The translations under genes were made by a program, and so were the position numbers. Under the pieces are notes generated by a model. The model was not told where the DNA came from, searched no databases, and saw nothing but the letters and a program-made list of their open reading frames with translations. A stretch of DNA of 64,000 bases from Rozella allomycis CSF55 (lineage: Eukaryota), in the NCBI GenBank assembly GCA_000442015.1, contig KE561184.1, positions 1-64,000 on the forward strand. Reading direction: 5' to 3'. Shown here piece by piece: positions 26,060 through 41,300 of this stretch (its first letter is position 1; each line of letters starts with the position of its first letter).

Positions 26060-27856
26060 TTATGGATTTAATCTTTTTGGATCACGAGGAAATAATGAAG
26101 AATTGCGGATATTTTTCAGATTCATGTAAAGCATAACTACTCTTTCTAAGCCAATACCCCCACCTGGTTATAAGTTAATTTAAAATAATTACCTGCATGA
26201 GGTGGTGCGCCAAATTTAAATGCGTCAATGTAGGATTGAATGCTCTCAGGTTCAACACCTAATGAAGCAGCACGTTCAGAAAGCAAAGTCGGATCATGAA
26301 CACGCTGTGCACCCGATAAAATTTCTTCTCCTCTTATGAAAAAGTCATAGGAGTTTGAATATCCCGGATTGTTCGGATCAGGCATTGTATAAAATGGTCT
26401 AACTGCTAGTGGGAATTTATCCAAAACATAAAAATCAGTTTTGTACTTTTCCTTTACTAGCTTACCAAGGGATTTTTCCATTTCAGTACTTAAGTCATCA
26501 AAGTCCCCAATGGCAAAGCCAGCAACACGAAGCATTTCAATACCTTGGGAATAGTTTAGAATTAATGGTTGCTCAAGGAATTCAAATTTCTCAAAAGGAT
26601 ACTGGCGCTGAACAATGCTCAACTCTTTGGAAAATTTTGCTTCCAATCCTTTAAAGATATGATTGAACATATAAGCGATAAAATGAACAACTTCATGGTA
26701 ATGCTCGTTAAATGACATTTCGAGGTCAAGACCGATAAATTCAGTCATGTGACGATGAGTTTGCGAATTTTCAGCGCGAAATACTGGCGCGATTTCGTAA
26801 ACCCTGGCAAAATCAGAACAAATGGCCATTTGTTTGTAAAATTGAGGTGATTGAGCAAGAAATGCCTTTCCTTATATTTGTTGAAAAATAAATGTAATGT
26901 ACCGTTAAAATAGTCGACCTTAAACACACTGGCGCCACCTTCGCTAGCAGCTGAAATTAACTTTGGTGAATGAATTTCAATAAAGTTATGACTTTCAAGA
27001 TATTCGCGAAACAGAGAACAAATTCCATGTTGTATTTTAAAAATGGCTTGATTTGTCAGTGTCTAAATTTTGAAAGTTAAATCGAAATTACTCTCAAATC
27101 AATAACACGATTATTTAATCTAGTATCAATATCAACAGAGGGCTTCCCTTGCTCAATCTCTTCAGGAGTTCGCGATGCATCTTCGATTTGAATGGGTACT
27201 TTTTCAGCCTTGGTGACTACAAACACCTAAAAATGACTTTAAATAAAATTTACTGTATCGGCTAGTATTTCAATCGTTGAAATGGTGCAGCTTTCAACGG
27301 GAGTTTGTACAACTTTAACGATTCCTTCAATATCAACGATGCTCTCCTTTGGTATACTGGTTAAATTCATACAAAAATTTTTACCCAGCAGAAAATTTTA
27401 ACATTTGTTTGCTAACTTGGTGGCTTTGTGCGACAATGACTTGCACAGTTTCACAATTCCCCCTTAGGACCATAAATGTTTGTTTTCCTGTCATTCTTGA
27501 GTTGTGCAATCTTCCCCTGATCAAGACAGACTTTTCTGTCATTTCAAGCGTCAAATTATTGATAGCCGTCCACTTCCTTCCACTTTTAGCCGATGAATTT
27601 ATCATCTCCAAAGTTCCGTACTTTCCTGCAGAAACATCCTAAAATTACAATATATACTTATTACATTTTCTTCTCGTGCTATTTTTTCAGCTTCAAGCCT
27701 CGCTGCGGTTTCGGCCTTTCTCCTTTCCTTCTCCCTTTCTTTCTCCAACTTTTTCAAAGCTTTTTTCGATACCTTTTCTTCTCCATCACTTTTATACAAA
27801 GTTGCATTGTGTTACGCTAGTTTTATCTTCTCCACTTCTAGTTGTTCCGGTTCCAT
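26060..27856 (-). CDS. DPS1: Cytosolic aspartyl-tRNA synthetase
   Basis: [48 protein letters not shown]^[18 protein letters not shown]. Confidence 0.97.
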
Positions 27857-28128
27857 TGAGATTTTACAACAAGGGTATCCAAATCCCAAATACTTGGATT
27901 TTTTAACAAAAGTCCCGCAAAATTTTGCTCTTTGCAAATAAAAGAAGGCTGTCCTAATTCTACTCATGGAAAATTGTTAATTTTTGCAGTGTCAAATTTT
28001 TAGCAAAGTACCCCTCAAGCTGAATATTACCATCAACGAATTAAATTTCATAAATTTATATTTAAATCGATTTATTTTTACCTTTGTGTTGTAAAGGTTA
28101 TTTATGTCTGAAATTTCCAACATTTGAT

Positions 28129-29219
28129 ATGAATGACAATATTGTTCATGCGATTGCTGGTAATTTCTATGATATATGTAAAGGCAAGGCGCTGGAGGTG
28201 GCATGATATCAATGGCCCTCACTTATCCTCTTGTAACAGGTAAATTCAACGAGTAAAGTTAACAAGTGGCAACAAGACTCCAAGTACAGAAAAATGATAC
28301 CGAAACGGAAGCGTATCAATCAACTTTGGATGCTTTTTCTAAAATTATCGAAAAAGAGGGAGTGAAAGGTCTGTTTTCGTAAATCAAAACTTTTTCATTT
28401 TATTTTAGTGGTTTGGAATCAGGTCTGTTTGGAATTGCCGTCACCAATAGCGTTTATTACTATTGGTACGAGACTGTTAGAACATATTTCATGAAGAAAA
28501 ATGCAAACTTGAGCACTTTCCACCTATTACTTTCTGGATCAATAGCAGGTACATTTGAGAGGTAGCTTTTACAGTTCAGGAGCGGTCACAACGATTCTCA
28601 CAAATCCTATCTGGGTTGTAAATACAAGGTTGACGGCTAAGAAAAAATCCCTTGACGAAAATGAAAAGGTCTTAAAAGAATTGTCATCCTGGAATGTCGC
28701 TTGGGACATACTAAAAGATGATGGTATCACATAATTCCATAAATTATACAGGTCTTTTAGCATTCTTCCAGGGCATCTTACCCGCTTTGGTTCTGGTTAT
28801 AAATCCAACGATGCAATATTTTGTATTTGAAAAATTAAAGGCAAGGCAGCAAGATAAAAAGAAGAATTTGACAGATTTTGATTTTTTCTTGCTCGGCGCT
28901 ATATCGAAGCTTGTGGCAACAGGTAAATCATTATTCATTCTTGAATCTTGTTATAACTTATCCTTACATTGTAGTGAAGTCCCGGATGCAATTAAAACAA
29001 TCAAAGGATAACAATAAAAGATATGCAGGTATTATTGATGCGTTTCAGAAGATTTTTAAAGAGGAAGGATTCTATGGTCTTTATAAGGGCCTACAATCAA
29101 AAGCTTCGCAATCAGTTCTTACAGCAGCCATTTTATTCCTAGCTAAAGAAAAGCTGTTTATTTTTACAATGAGGCTTTTGACTTTACTAGGAGTAAGAAC
29201 TTTATCAAATAAACGATGA
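28129..29219 (+). CDS. Peroxisomal mitochondrial-carrier-family protein (PMP34/PMP47/SLC25A17-like)
   Basis: HAIAG^AGGGMISMALTYPL, TNPIWVVNTR, LVLVINPTMQYFVFE, ITYPYIVVKSRMQ, QSVLTAA. Confidence 0.9.
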
Positions 29220-29372
29220 TTGTTTTCTTTGCAATTAATTAAGTTTTACATATCTTCAATACATAACATCCAGATTTAATGTCAGAGTAAATTTGACGTT
29301 GCAAGTATTTAGCACCATTAACGAGGTTGGTTTGATGGTCTATCTATTTCAAAAGCTTTAGTAAATTTCAAA

Positions 29373-31665
29373 ATGGCCGAACATGCTGCAGCCGAAGCCA
29401 TTAACAGAATACAACTATTATTAACCCATCCCGATGATCTTAATCATAAATTACCTACACTAATAAGCAAAATATCATGCGAAAAGGCTGAAATTGACAA
29501 CCAACTTTTGGGGGAAGTAAGAAATGCTATTGAAGATATTAAAAACGGGCTTACACAAATTGGTAAAAGCAAATCTGATATATCAGATATCGCAAAGGCT
29601 TTACATTTAATGGAAAAAGCAAGCAAGGAATCACAAGACAATATAGAGAACTTTGAATTTATTAAGTCGGTACTATATGCCAATCTATGTAATAGGTCTG
29701 TCTTGCGCATCAAAATTTTCTAAGAACCAAACAGGTTTATGATCGATTCTATGCGTTGGAAAGTGAAATAGAGAGGGTTTCAATGCTTATCGCGGATGAT
29801 TTGAAGCATAACTACAAAAATTCAGAACATTTGTTATTAATTCACTATCATTTGACTAAGTTGGAAGAATTCCGGTCGATGACAATGCAACAGGTTAATA
29901 AATCCACTATTGACATTCGACTTATTGTCGAGAAATTTTTTCAAAAACTGGATAAGACATGGGATATGTTTGAAGATTTTTTGTGGAAATTAGTAGAAAA
30001 CATGGTTGAAATAATTCTTGCAAGCCAGGGTGGATTACTAATTAAGGTCTTGAAAATTATTGAATATGAGGAGCGTGAAGATTTGAAAGAATTTGAATAT
30101 CTTGATTTCAAGGCAAAGGCTGACTCGGCTACGCTGCAACAAATGAAAGCGTTGGGTGAAAGACCGCCGAGGAAAGTTAAATCTTATAAAAGCAGAATGA
30201 TGTCCGCCCTGCATACAGGCATCGCTAATCGATTTAAAGATAAAATCATAATGGAACAAAAGCAAAGTGTTTCTGATTCCTTTAAGAAATTAGAATTTGT
30301 GATTGATGAGTTGTTAGTAATCCATGATGAGCTTATATTGAGAATTCCTGACAAGGATCCAAGTTTCGATTTTTTTATTCTTGAATATCACCGAAATGTC
30401 CACTATTACCTAAATGAAATATTAAAAACAAATATTGGTCCTTCGGATATACTTAACGTTATTAGTTGGGTGACTAACTATTATGACGACATGAATACCA
30501 GGGTGGCTATTCCCATTGAATTACTTGAGCCCAAACTGTTGGATGGAAACGAAGATAGTTTAATAAATGAATACATTTCTTTAACAAAAAATAAAATCGA
30601 AGAGTGGATTTCCAATTTATTTGATAATGAAAGTAGAGCTTTTATTAATAGAGAGGGACCCCCTGAATGTGACGCTAAAGGTATCTTCATATCACCAGGA
30701 ATAACTGTTGACTTATTCCATATATTCAGACAACATATTGAATCCACTTTACGCTCTAGCAGATCAAAATTGCTTTCAGATGTTATCAAAGAGTGTGTTC
30801 AATCATTATTGGAGTTTCTAAAAAATATGCAAAATATGCTGAAGAAAGAAGTACAAAATGCAATTGATAAACCGGATGATATTGCAATAGGAATCGAATA
30901 TTACTTAATAATGATGGCAAACTCTTGTATGATTTGCTGTGACAACTTGGAAGAGATTTTAAAAAAAGTGGAAAAGGAAATTAATGATGAATATAAGGTC
31001 TCGTCTTCTCAAGAATTAAAAAAGGTCATTGATGGTTTTTCAAAGTTGAGTAAAGAATGCTATCGGATGTTGATTGATATAATTTTTGCTACTTTAAAAC
31101 CAGTTATCAATCAATTATTCACTCCCAAATGGTATGAAGGTCAATTCGTAGAAACAATTTTGGTAACGTTTGAGGACTATTATAGTGATTTTCAAAATCA
31201 TACATTGGAATTTATATTTGGAAAAATTATAGTAGAATCATCGGAAAAGTTTATTTTGTGTTATTTTGAACAAATGAGAGCTAGAAATTCGAAATTTAAG
31301 ATTTCAGAATGTTCTGACATTTTATCAGAGGATTACTCGAATGCAATAAGAACCTTTTCTCAGTATCGTCCAATGAAAAGGATACAGAAAATATTTGAAC
31401 CGCTTGAAAAAGTGATCGCCTTACTAACGGCTGACAAGAAATTGGTAATCTCTATTTATATTATTGAAAGTTATTTTTAGATTTTTATGCTCTGTGGAAG
31501 ATCTATCCTGATTTTCCTTTAATATTTTTAGAAGATATTTTGGTAAGAAGAGATGATATGGATAAATCAACATTAAGAGAAACAATGGAATCTTGCAGAA
31601 AAAAAGTCAAAGAAGAAAAGGTTCAAATAACCTCCCCGTCCATTTTCAGTAGTTTAACTCAATAA
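29373..31665 (+). CDS. SEC6: Exocyst subunit Sec6/EXOC3
   Basis: LLTHPDDL..KL, LLLIHYHLTKLEEFR, VDLFHIFRQHI, LFTPKWYEG...TILVTFEDY. Confidence 0.9.
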
Positions 31666-31690
31666 ATAATTGATGCCAACTATAATTTTA

Positions 31691-32119
31691 TTACACTTTG
31701 CTTGCTACACACTTTTGATCCATCAATTTTGAAGAGTTCAGATTATACTTTTCCTGTTTACATGTTTTCAATTCAGTACATAAATGTGCTTCAGGTAGCC
31801 TATGTCTAGAACAGTACGCTTTGGAACAATAACGACAGTCACCAACTATTTTGGCAGCCTTGTCATTGCACCCGTCCAAATCACAACGCTTAACCTTTTT
31901 GGATTCACCTCCCAGTAATCGACAAGACAAATGTATAGTACTATCCACTGACACTCCATAGTCCTGAAGTGTACAACTATCATCGAGGACCTTCCCTTGA
32001 AATGTAAGAACCTGGCTGCAACTTGGCACATGTCCATTGATATAATTTTTTAGACTTGATACTTTGCTTGAGATTGGAAGATCAACTGCCAAAGTGTCTG
32101 TTGATTTAACAAAAAACAT
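31691..32119 (-). CDS. Ubiquitin-like domain plus AN1 zinc finger protein
   Basis: Ub-like QVLTFQGKVLDDSCTLQDYGV...TIHLSCRLLGG, then C..C...CRYC...YCSRHRLPEAHLC. Confidence 0.9.
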   Translation of the reverse strand: MFFVKSTDTLAVDLPISSKVSSLKNYINGHVPSCSQVLTFQGKVLDDSCTLQDYGVSVDSTIHLSCRLLGGESKKVKRCDLDGCNDKAAKIVGDCRYCSKAYCSRHRLPEAHLCTELKTCKQEKYNLNSSKLMDQKCVASKV

Positions 32120-32439
32120 CTCGGAGGTGGCTGGTTGGTTACAGGTAAAATTGACATCAAAGTTTCCATTTTTAACTCGGGTGCGTTAACAAATCTGGTC
32201 AAATTTAATGTGAAATATTAATGCAAATAAATTTCGAGAGAAGATTATTGGTGGTATTACTATCACTGACAATTTGAAGTTTATTACAAGTTTACATATT
32301 GCTTTTTCATTTCAAAGAGTATAGTAGTATACAATAATAGCGCGGAATGCAGAGCATAAATAATTTCGTAACATTTTCTAGCCATTTTTCTTTGCAACAA
32401 TGTACCCTGAAATTTGGGTGAAGCTCAAAATTTCAGAAC

Positions 32440-34520
32440 ATGTCATTTTCATCAAACGATGAAAGCTTTGACGGGAAAGAGAAAGAAATATTGAGGTTTT
32501 TAAAAGAAGAATTTAGAAATGCACTTAGTATGGATTCTTTGGATTTGCTAATCGCTTTCGTAAAGAAAACAAAGAAAAAAACGTTTCAGTATATTTTGTG
32601 GACAGATTTCATATGCGGAAATCTAAGACGGAGTGCAATTAATGATATAAATCTTAGTTTGAATATAAAGAATCGCGCGATAAAATGCATATGCTATATT
32701 TTAGCATATTCAAAGGATTTGGTCAAGAGTGCTACGCTTTCTACACACGTCAAATCATTTATTTCTCTATCGGAGAGAATTGGTGAAGATTTAGTTGCAA
32801 TTATTAACGATGTGTTAAAGACTTTAAAGAACGAGCTAGATGTAGATGTAATATGTTCTTTATGTCAGGTAATATTAATGCTTTCAATTTAATAGTGCTT
32901 GACTATTATAATAACTCATGCAAACTTTGAAAAGATTAGCATGGATATTCTTGTTGAAACTTTCAAGTCGATTATTCAAATTGAAAGTGTACTGGATTCA
33001 CAAAAAATAGAGTTATCAGTCGCAATATTAATCTCTCAATATTTTATGAAAGAAACTTATTTTCCCCATCTCCGGAAGATACTAAACAATGAAACATTCC
33101 TAAACGATTTAATCTCCAAATGGAAAAAGAGCAAAGGAAAATTAAGGATTGAGTACTATAACATTTTTAGCTTGTATTGTAAATTTAATCCCAGTCAGTT
33201 ATTGTAATATTACCAACTGGCGGAATAAGTAGGGATATCTGGAATTGTTTCCAGAATGAAATGTTAGCCGATTTATCAAATCCAAGTTTCACAGAGAAAG
33301 CAAGTTTATTTTTAGAAAACTTTTCTGAAACAATGAAAAAGGTACCTCAAAATATTTAACGATAAAAGAATGCCATCTGCAACCCCTTCTTGGTGGGATA
33401 AATTTTTGGATTTGTATATACAATGTTTATTAAAGACAGATGAAGATCTAGTGAAACAGAGGATTTGCAATATTCTTTCAAACATCTCTACTGATGTTTT
33501 TGATGCTTTCCCGGTACTAAATGAAAATTACATTAAAAGAGGCCGAAGAGAGTATTTGTAATGACGTTACTTTTAGGATTTGCATCCGATGTCTCGTCAA
33601 AACAATTAAGGGCGGCATCTTGCAGGGCACTCGGCACATTAACACTTTACCAATCTATTCAGGAAGTACTTTTGTGATTTTAAAATAAAAGGATTTGTTA
33701 TTCTTGAAAGATGTTACTGATATAGTCGCAAGTTGTTTATCTGATAAAAGTAATCTTGTCAGGAGCAAAGCGGCATGGGTTTTAGGAAATTTAGGCGATT
33801 CAATCTCGTATCATCAGTATTTAAAATAAATGTTTCATACTAGGGAAAAGAATTCAGAATCAAACTACCAGATAATGAATGAGGTTTGTGGGCAGATAAT
33901 ACGACTATGCCTGTTGGGAAAAACTGTTTTTGATTCAAAAGTAAATGGCAAATATTATTGATACAGTCACTTAGTCATCCACTTAGAGCAATTGGCAGTA
34001 TTCTGAAAGTTTATGGTACCTTCATCAAAATTGAGGACGTTGATCTCCCNTCATCAAGATTGAAGACGTTGATCTCCCTCAATTATCCTCATCTTTGGCT
34101 TTTGTAAATAAAAATCTTGAACATGGCCCATTCAAGGTACTATTTAAGGTACCTTTTAATAGACACGATGGAACGCAGCAAAATCTTGCCAGAACTTATT
34201 TTCCAATAACAATTTAGTGTCAAACAACTATCTTAAAAGGGATCTTTTAATAATATCTTCAAGCCTGCAATCCTGTCTTTTCAATTGCCCAAATTTCAAG
34301 GTTAAAATACAGTCTTGCATTGCTTTGGCTTTACTTGTCAAGAATAATGCTTTGAATATAGAAATTAGCCAAGCCTCACTATCGTCTTTAAAATGTGATG
34401 TTACAGAAAGCGAAACCGGTGACGATTACAAGTCGATATTGATTCAGGAAGTAAATTCAACTCCACTTTTTGTCTTAGATTGATAATCTTCTTGATACGA
34501 TTAATTGTACTATTAAATAA
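32440..34520 (+). CDS. HEATR6: HEAT-repeat protein 6-like
   Basis: LRAASCRALG, VRSKAAWVLGNLGDS, GPFK^TRWNAAKS, CPNFKVKIQSCIAL. Confidence 0.75.
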
Positions 34521-34599
34521 AGTTTATTTTTGCAAAGAATCTATTATTGAATTTTCAAATTGAGACCCTGGTAAATAGCAACCGTTTGTTTATACGTAA

Positions 34600-34925
<326 letters not shown>

Positions 34926-34950
34926 TAAATTTGTTAGGTTAAAATGTCTT

Positions 34951-36052
34951 TTATTGCGTTTGATTATCTTTATGCCCATGGTCAACAGAAAACAATGGAA
35001 AAGGTTGAAAAACATCGTTACACATTTGAGCTAAAATAGTTGGGTTTTTAGCTAGATTCTTTGGATCATCAGCAAATACAGAGTAGCATGCAATGTCTGC
35101 CTTTTTCTTTTCTGGATTTGCTTTAGGTCGACCTCTTCGTTTATGTTCCACGTCGACACAATCGGTTTTCCCTAACCTAACACATCTAACACATGGTCTA
35201 TTAGTATCACATGCCAAGTGAGCCTTTTTGCAATGTATACACGCTTTTTGAACATGCTTTTGCCTTTTTTGTCTCGCTTTGTCAACCCCTTCATTTGATA
35301 TTTGTTCTCCGGCGTATAGAGAAACATTGGCTTGACCATGAATTAACGCTAAATAGTCCAATTCTTTTCCCACCTGATTTTCTTGTTTGTATTTTCTCCC
35401 CTTGATGCCTTGACGCTTCTTTTTGGGTTCCAGGGCAGCTTCAATATCTGTTTCCATATCATGATATCTTGTTTTAACATTGTCTTGATCACCGCTTAAA
35501 AAATTATTGATCTCCTTTCATTAAGTTAAGTGAAAATGAGTACCTTTAGTCTTACAAAGGATGGTGCAACTGAATGTTGTGCAAAATAGTTACTAGGAAA
35601 ATATACAGCGTGGTTAGAAGGGAATAAAGGATCTTTGTTTTCAAAAATTTTTCGTTTGTCACACAAATCTTGAACCGGTAGACTAGGAAGCGGAGTAAAG
35701 TACGGGTAATATTCATAGTACGATGGGTTAGAACCCCAATTATGGAACATGAAGGTGTTATTGTTTTCCATATGCGAATTTAAATCTGGGAGTCTAAAAG
35801 GATGGGTATAATGTAATATATTTTCGTCTGTCTTTTCTGTAGAATCTCTGCCGTCCCATGCTTTTCCATTGTTAGTTGGATAGTCTTGGACTTCTTTAGT
35901 GTTTTCTACATAGAGTTTTGATTAATGTAGTTACCACTTGACTCATCTCTATGGGTCGGGAATGGTTGAATCCCTGGAAGAATGGTTCTATTACTTGCAT
36001 CTGTCGTAATTAATGAGTCTGGTTTTTCGATTGTTTCACTTGAGGTAGCCAT
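34951..36052 (-). CDS. Zn(II)2Cys6 transcription factor, Ert1/Rds2/Gsm1-type cluster; start approximate
   Basis: KACIHCKKAHLACDTNRPCVRCVRLGKTDCVDVEHKRRGRP. Confidence 0.85.
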
Positions 36053-36563
36053 ATCTAAACATTAGATATTCTTAAAATGTTTGTTCAAATAGGCTAAAAA
36101 GTTCCATATTCATCATATAGTACTTTAAAAACATCCGCAGTGGAAAATTATCCTTACCTTAAATCCCGATTGTCAATAAAGCTCAGATGAGAATTCCCTG
36201 ACGCCTAGCAACCATTTTCTTTCTTGACTTGAATTTTAATTCCAAGAAAAATATTCTTATTAAATTAACAGAACTCTAGTTTCTACGAATCCACGTACCT
36301 ACATTGAAAGTTGCAACATCATCATCGCTATTAGATCTTTAATTAAATAGAAATATATATCTTCTATTAAAAGATAACTAATAAAGCAGATTGTAATTTT
36401 GGTAATGTAGTATCTCTTGTAGATTTTTTCGTAAACAAGCCTATTAGCCTAGCATAGAGTATTTTTTAGATTCATAAATTTATATTTTCGAACTTTTTAT
36501 TAGAGCTTTACTAAAAAATACAAATTGATTACTTCGTAACTCAAATTTGCGTGGCATAGTCGG

Positions 36564-38197
36564 AATGAATTTTTCAAACTACAAGATAGATAAAAGAATA
36601 GCAAAATCTTTAGATAAAAATGGTTTCAAAAAACCCACAAAAATCCAAGAGAGTGTTATACCACTTGCTTTGGAAGGCAAAGACATTTTGGCAAAGTCGC
36701 CGACTGGATCTGGGAAAACTCTTTCATATTTACTTCCAGTTTTGTCGAAAATATTGGTAATATAGACTTCTATAGCATATTAGATGAATGAAAAATCTTT
36801 AGGAATAATTCTTGTTCCTACCAAAGAGCTTTCACATCAGGTCACGCAACAAGCCAAAGCATTACTAACATATTGCGGTAGCATTAAAGTATTAGATTTA
36901 GTTGATCATGAGAGCACATCAGTGCAAAAGTAATTAAGAACTTTTTTGGATATAGTTTATTTATTTTGAATAGACCGAATTTGATTGTATCCACTCCAAG
37001 TAAAGCGTTGCCACATTTGCTAAATGTAATCATAGATTAATATAATTTATAGAATAATATAAATGTTCGAGAAATTGAATCCTTGGTTATTGATGAAGCA
37101 GATCTAGTATTGTCGTTTGGTTACAAGTGTGACTTGGATAAAGTATTGTCTTGTATTCCATCAAGCAATAATTGTCAAATGTTTTTAATTTCTGCGACTC
37201 TTAATTCAGATTTGACTGAGCTGAAACATTTAATGTTGAAAAATCCAGTAAAGAAATTGTAAATATGATAACAAGGCTATTGTGGAAATTGATGAAACTG
37301 AGAAACAAGAAAAGTTAAAGCAATTCGCTATAAATTGTGAAGATTCAGAAAAATATCTTATAACGTTTTCTCTGTTTAAATTGAAGTTGATTAAAGGCAC
37401 TTGCATAGTGTTTGTTAAAGATGTTGACGGCGGCTTGAAGCTTCGCTTATTTCTTGAACAATTTGGAATTAAATGCTGTTTTTTGAATTCAGAGCTTCCT
37501 CACAAGTCTCGTTATCATGTAATAGAAGAGTTTAACAAGGGTGTGTATGACTTTATTATCGCATGTGACAACATTGAAACGTCAACCAATGCCGATGATG
37601 CCGGGGTTAGCCGCGGTGTAGATTTTAAAAATGTAGATATTGTTTTGAACTTTGATTTTCCATCATCCTTTAAATCATATCAACACAGAGTAGGAAGAAC
37701 AGCTAGAGCGCACGCGTCAGGGTTAGCAATATCTATTGTGACACCAAAAGATAAAAAGTTCCTTGAAAAAACAAACTCGACATTGAAAGGTAATTTAAAG
37801 TATAGTTTATGAAAAAGAATCAACGGGCAATGAAATAATGCCATTTTCGTTTGATATGGGTGCAATTGAAGGATTTAAATACAGAGTAGAAGATACTTTA
37901 AAGCATATAACTAAAAAAGTTATAAAAGAGGCAAAGCTTAAAGATATTAAAAAGGAAATTTTGAATTCTGAAGCCTTGAAATCTCATTTTGATGAAAAAC
38001 CCAAAGATTTACAAGCTCTTCGTCATGATAAGCCTTTGCAAAAGATTTCAAATTCGTCTCATTTGAAAAATATTCCTGGTTATTTATTACCTACAAAATC
38101 TCTTTCTGATGTTGCTTTGAAAACGAACAAGGGAAAGAGAATGATTATCAAGAAGCGCAAAAGAACGCAAGATCCGCTAAAACCAAGAAAAAAATAA
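36564..38197 (+). CDS. DBP9: DEAD-box RNA helicase Dbp9/DDX56
   Basis: [61 protein letters not shown]. Confidence 0.95.
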
Positions 38198-38310
38198 ATA
38201 AAGTCGGTTTCTCTTTAATAATTTGAATGGTTATTATAAGAACAACTTTGCTTTATTAAATAAACGTGTTTTCGTCATTTCTATATCCAATTTACAAACC
38301 AAGCCACAAT

Positions 38311-41300
38311 ATGATCAAGTTACGTTGGCCCGAAACAAGGCGGGGACAGTATATTTTTGTATTTGTTTCTGTGTTTGCAGTAGCGACACTAGCATTTGTG
38401 ATCAACGGTGCTGTTGCTGCAGTGGATCTTACGTCGTTGAAAAATAAGAGTAGTGCAAAGGTGGAAAAATTAGTGATACCGAATCTATGTGATTTATCAA
38501 ATGTACCGTTTTCCACGAAAATAGTTTTAACAACTGGCTCTTTGTATCAGCTCTCCATCGCAAGTCTAAAGGTGGAAATTGGAATTGTTGGAAAAAAGCC
38601 ATTTTTAACAGCGAATAATTTTACCGAGATAACTATTTTGCCTAAATCTACGGTACTTGAAATGGAATCTTCAATTTCTTTTGAAAAAGCAGAGTTACTG
38701 AATGTTATTAAAAATGTAAAGAGTATTGATCAAGTTGAAGTAAAAGTTTCTATGAAAGTTAGTACTAATGCCTTTTGGTTTCCATTGAATATAAATGTTG
38801 ATGAAACATTTGTAATGAACACGAAAGGTAAAGATTAATAGTGAATGTGAAAGGTGACTCTGAATCAAAAAAGATTGAAACATCAATTAATTATTTAGAG
38901 TTTAAGAATGTAAAAAATAGTGGAGATTTTGGTGCGCTGATTGAATTTGGACTTCAAAGTGAAATTTTGAATGGAGTTGAAGTTGTTCTTGAAGGATTAA
39001 GCTTGAATTTAATTAATGCAGCCAAGCATAAACTGGCTTCTCTGAGTGATATTGAATTTTCACCTCAAAGTGATTCACAGGGATTCAAGTTTGGCGTGGA
39101 TTTATTTTATGATGCTGAATCGTCTACAATGAATACTTTGAAAAACATTAAGGAAATGAAAGATGTTGAGTTATTTTTGCAAATAAATTCAAATGATGAA
39201 AAGTGTTCATTTGCATCTTGGTTTTCTGATGTTCAAATACCATTGACAATTGAGCGGGAAAATATTGAAAAATTTGGAAAAATATTAAATAACCCGAATG
39301 AGTTATTTTCTAATAAAATCTCTAAAGAATTTCAAGACGAGAAGACTGTTGAAAGAATGGATGTAAATAGTGGTGAGCTTTTTAGTGTTGGGCTTAATGG
39401 AGGAAGTATGGAGAATGATATAGCGGTGTTTTCATTTGATATTATTGTGAATTCAGCAATGATTAATTCATATTTTCCAAATTCCAAGACTGGTTCAGAT
39501 TTTGTGAGGGGAGAAGTGCCTCGATTTTTTCTTGAAACAATTTTATCATTTTCGTTTAAAGAAGAGTCAATTTTTAATATTTTCTTTACACCAATTCCAT
39601 TTAAGCTGTCTGATGGAAAGTTTGGAACCAGAATGAATGTAGGGCTTTCTAATGTAGCCAGTGTTATTGATATTCTTGAAAAGATTAACCATGATGTGAA
39701 GACATTTGATTCCATCTATTTGACTGGTCAATCGGGAAAGAATATTTTATCATCAATATTTTCACTGGTAAAGTTTCAGATTCCGATTGGGAATGCTAAT
39801 AAAAAGATATTGGAAGCGATTACTTGTCCAGTTACGCATAAAGGGACAGTTGATTTGTATTCAACGAATTCCAAGATTAATGTGGATGCGTTGGTAGAGT
39901 TTGATAGTATTGCAAGGAGTGTACCTAGAGCTGGTGTGTATTGGAATGATGTGTTGATGTATGTTGCAGTGAGTGATCCTAACAAGGAGAATGAGAATCA
40001 AAGACTATTTGGGATAAAGGTTGACAGGGGTGGGTTCAATGTGGAAATTTCCCAAAAGAATCTGGTGTGTTTGATTCATGATGGAAAGTTTAAAATGTCA
40101 ATATTTATAGGGGAAGAAGAGTATGAGTATTCGAGTGTGTTGAAATTGGCGACATTTATTGATAATTACTTGTTGACGTTGAAAAAGGAGTCTAGTGATT
40201 TACCAAGAAAATTTTATGTTGAGAGTATTGTTGGTAGTGAGAGGATAAAGTTTGAAGGGCCTATACCGTGGAAAATGATTAGGTCTAGTATATCAACGAC
40301 GTCGTCCATGTCGACGCCTAATGGACAGTGGTCTAATATAGTGAAGAGTGTAAAGTTGTATGCGTATGAAGAGAATACGTTTTATTTGAATGTAGCGTTG
40401 ATATCGACGTTGAGAAGGTTGAACAAGTATTTACCGAAGCAGAGTAGTATTTTGTTGGATTTGTCGTTTCCAGAGTTTTTAATAAAGTTTTCTAGGTATG
40501 ATAAAGTGTCAGAGTTTGGGGATGAAGATGTTTGGCAATTATCGACGAAAGAGAGGACTACGTTAAGTGTGAAACTTGACCGTGACTTGGAAGCAAGTGC
40601 GGAAGCAAGTGTGAAAGATGTAAAATTGAATGGTGTAAAATTGAATGATGTAAAATTGAATGATAATGACAATATTGAAAAAACTAATTCAAACAATAAT
40701 AACATTAAAAAGAATATTTTAAAGAATAATTTGAATTTGTTGTTTAAAATATATGATTATAATCATGTGAAAGAAGCGTTTGTGTATGTCAAGAGAAATC
40801 CTAGTTTGAGAATGGTATTGCAGAGATATGATGTTTCAGTGTTGTCGTTGTCTAATGAGCAGTCGTTGATGACTCAGTTGTTTCATAATGTGTTGCATAG
40901 AATACGTAAAGAATGGCCTAGTGATGTAGAGATTAGAGAAACGTTTTCAAAATCAAATTTTAATCTAGTTGAAAAAGTAAAATCTGGTGATGAAAACATT
41001 GATGTTAAATTTCTAATTAAATCTGCGGATATGACAAAAGTTGAAGTTGAATTTGAAATTAAAGTTGATGAAAGGATTCTAAAGGGTGAAGAGAGTTCTG
41101 CAAGTCATAAATTTTTAATTCATAAATCTCCAAGTAGTACATCATCAAGTCACATGTCATCAACTAGTACAACTCCAACTCACAATACTCCAAAGACTTG
41201 TACAACTTCAACCCTTGTTAATCATTCAATTGATTTGATTGTTTTGCCTATAAATTCACAGTTGATTGTTGATGAAAGAAAGTTTGGAGAATTTTATATT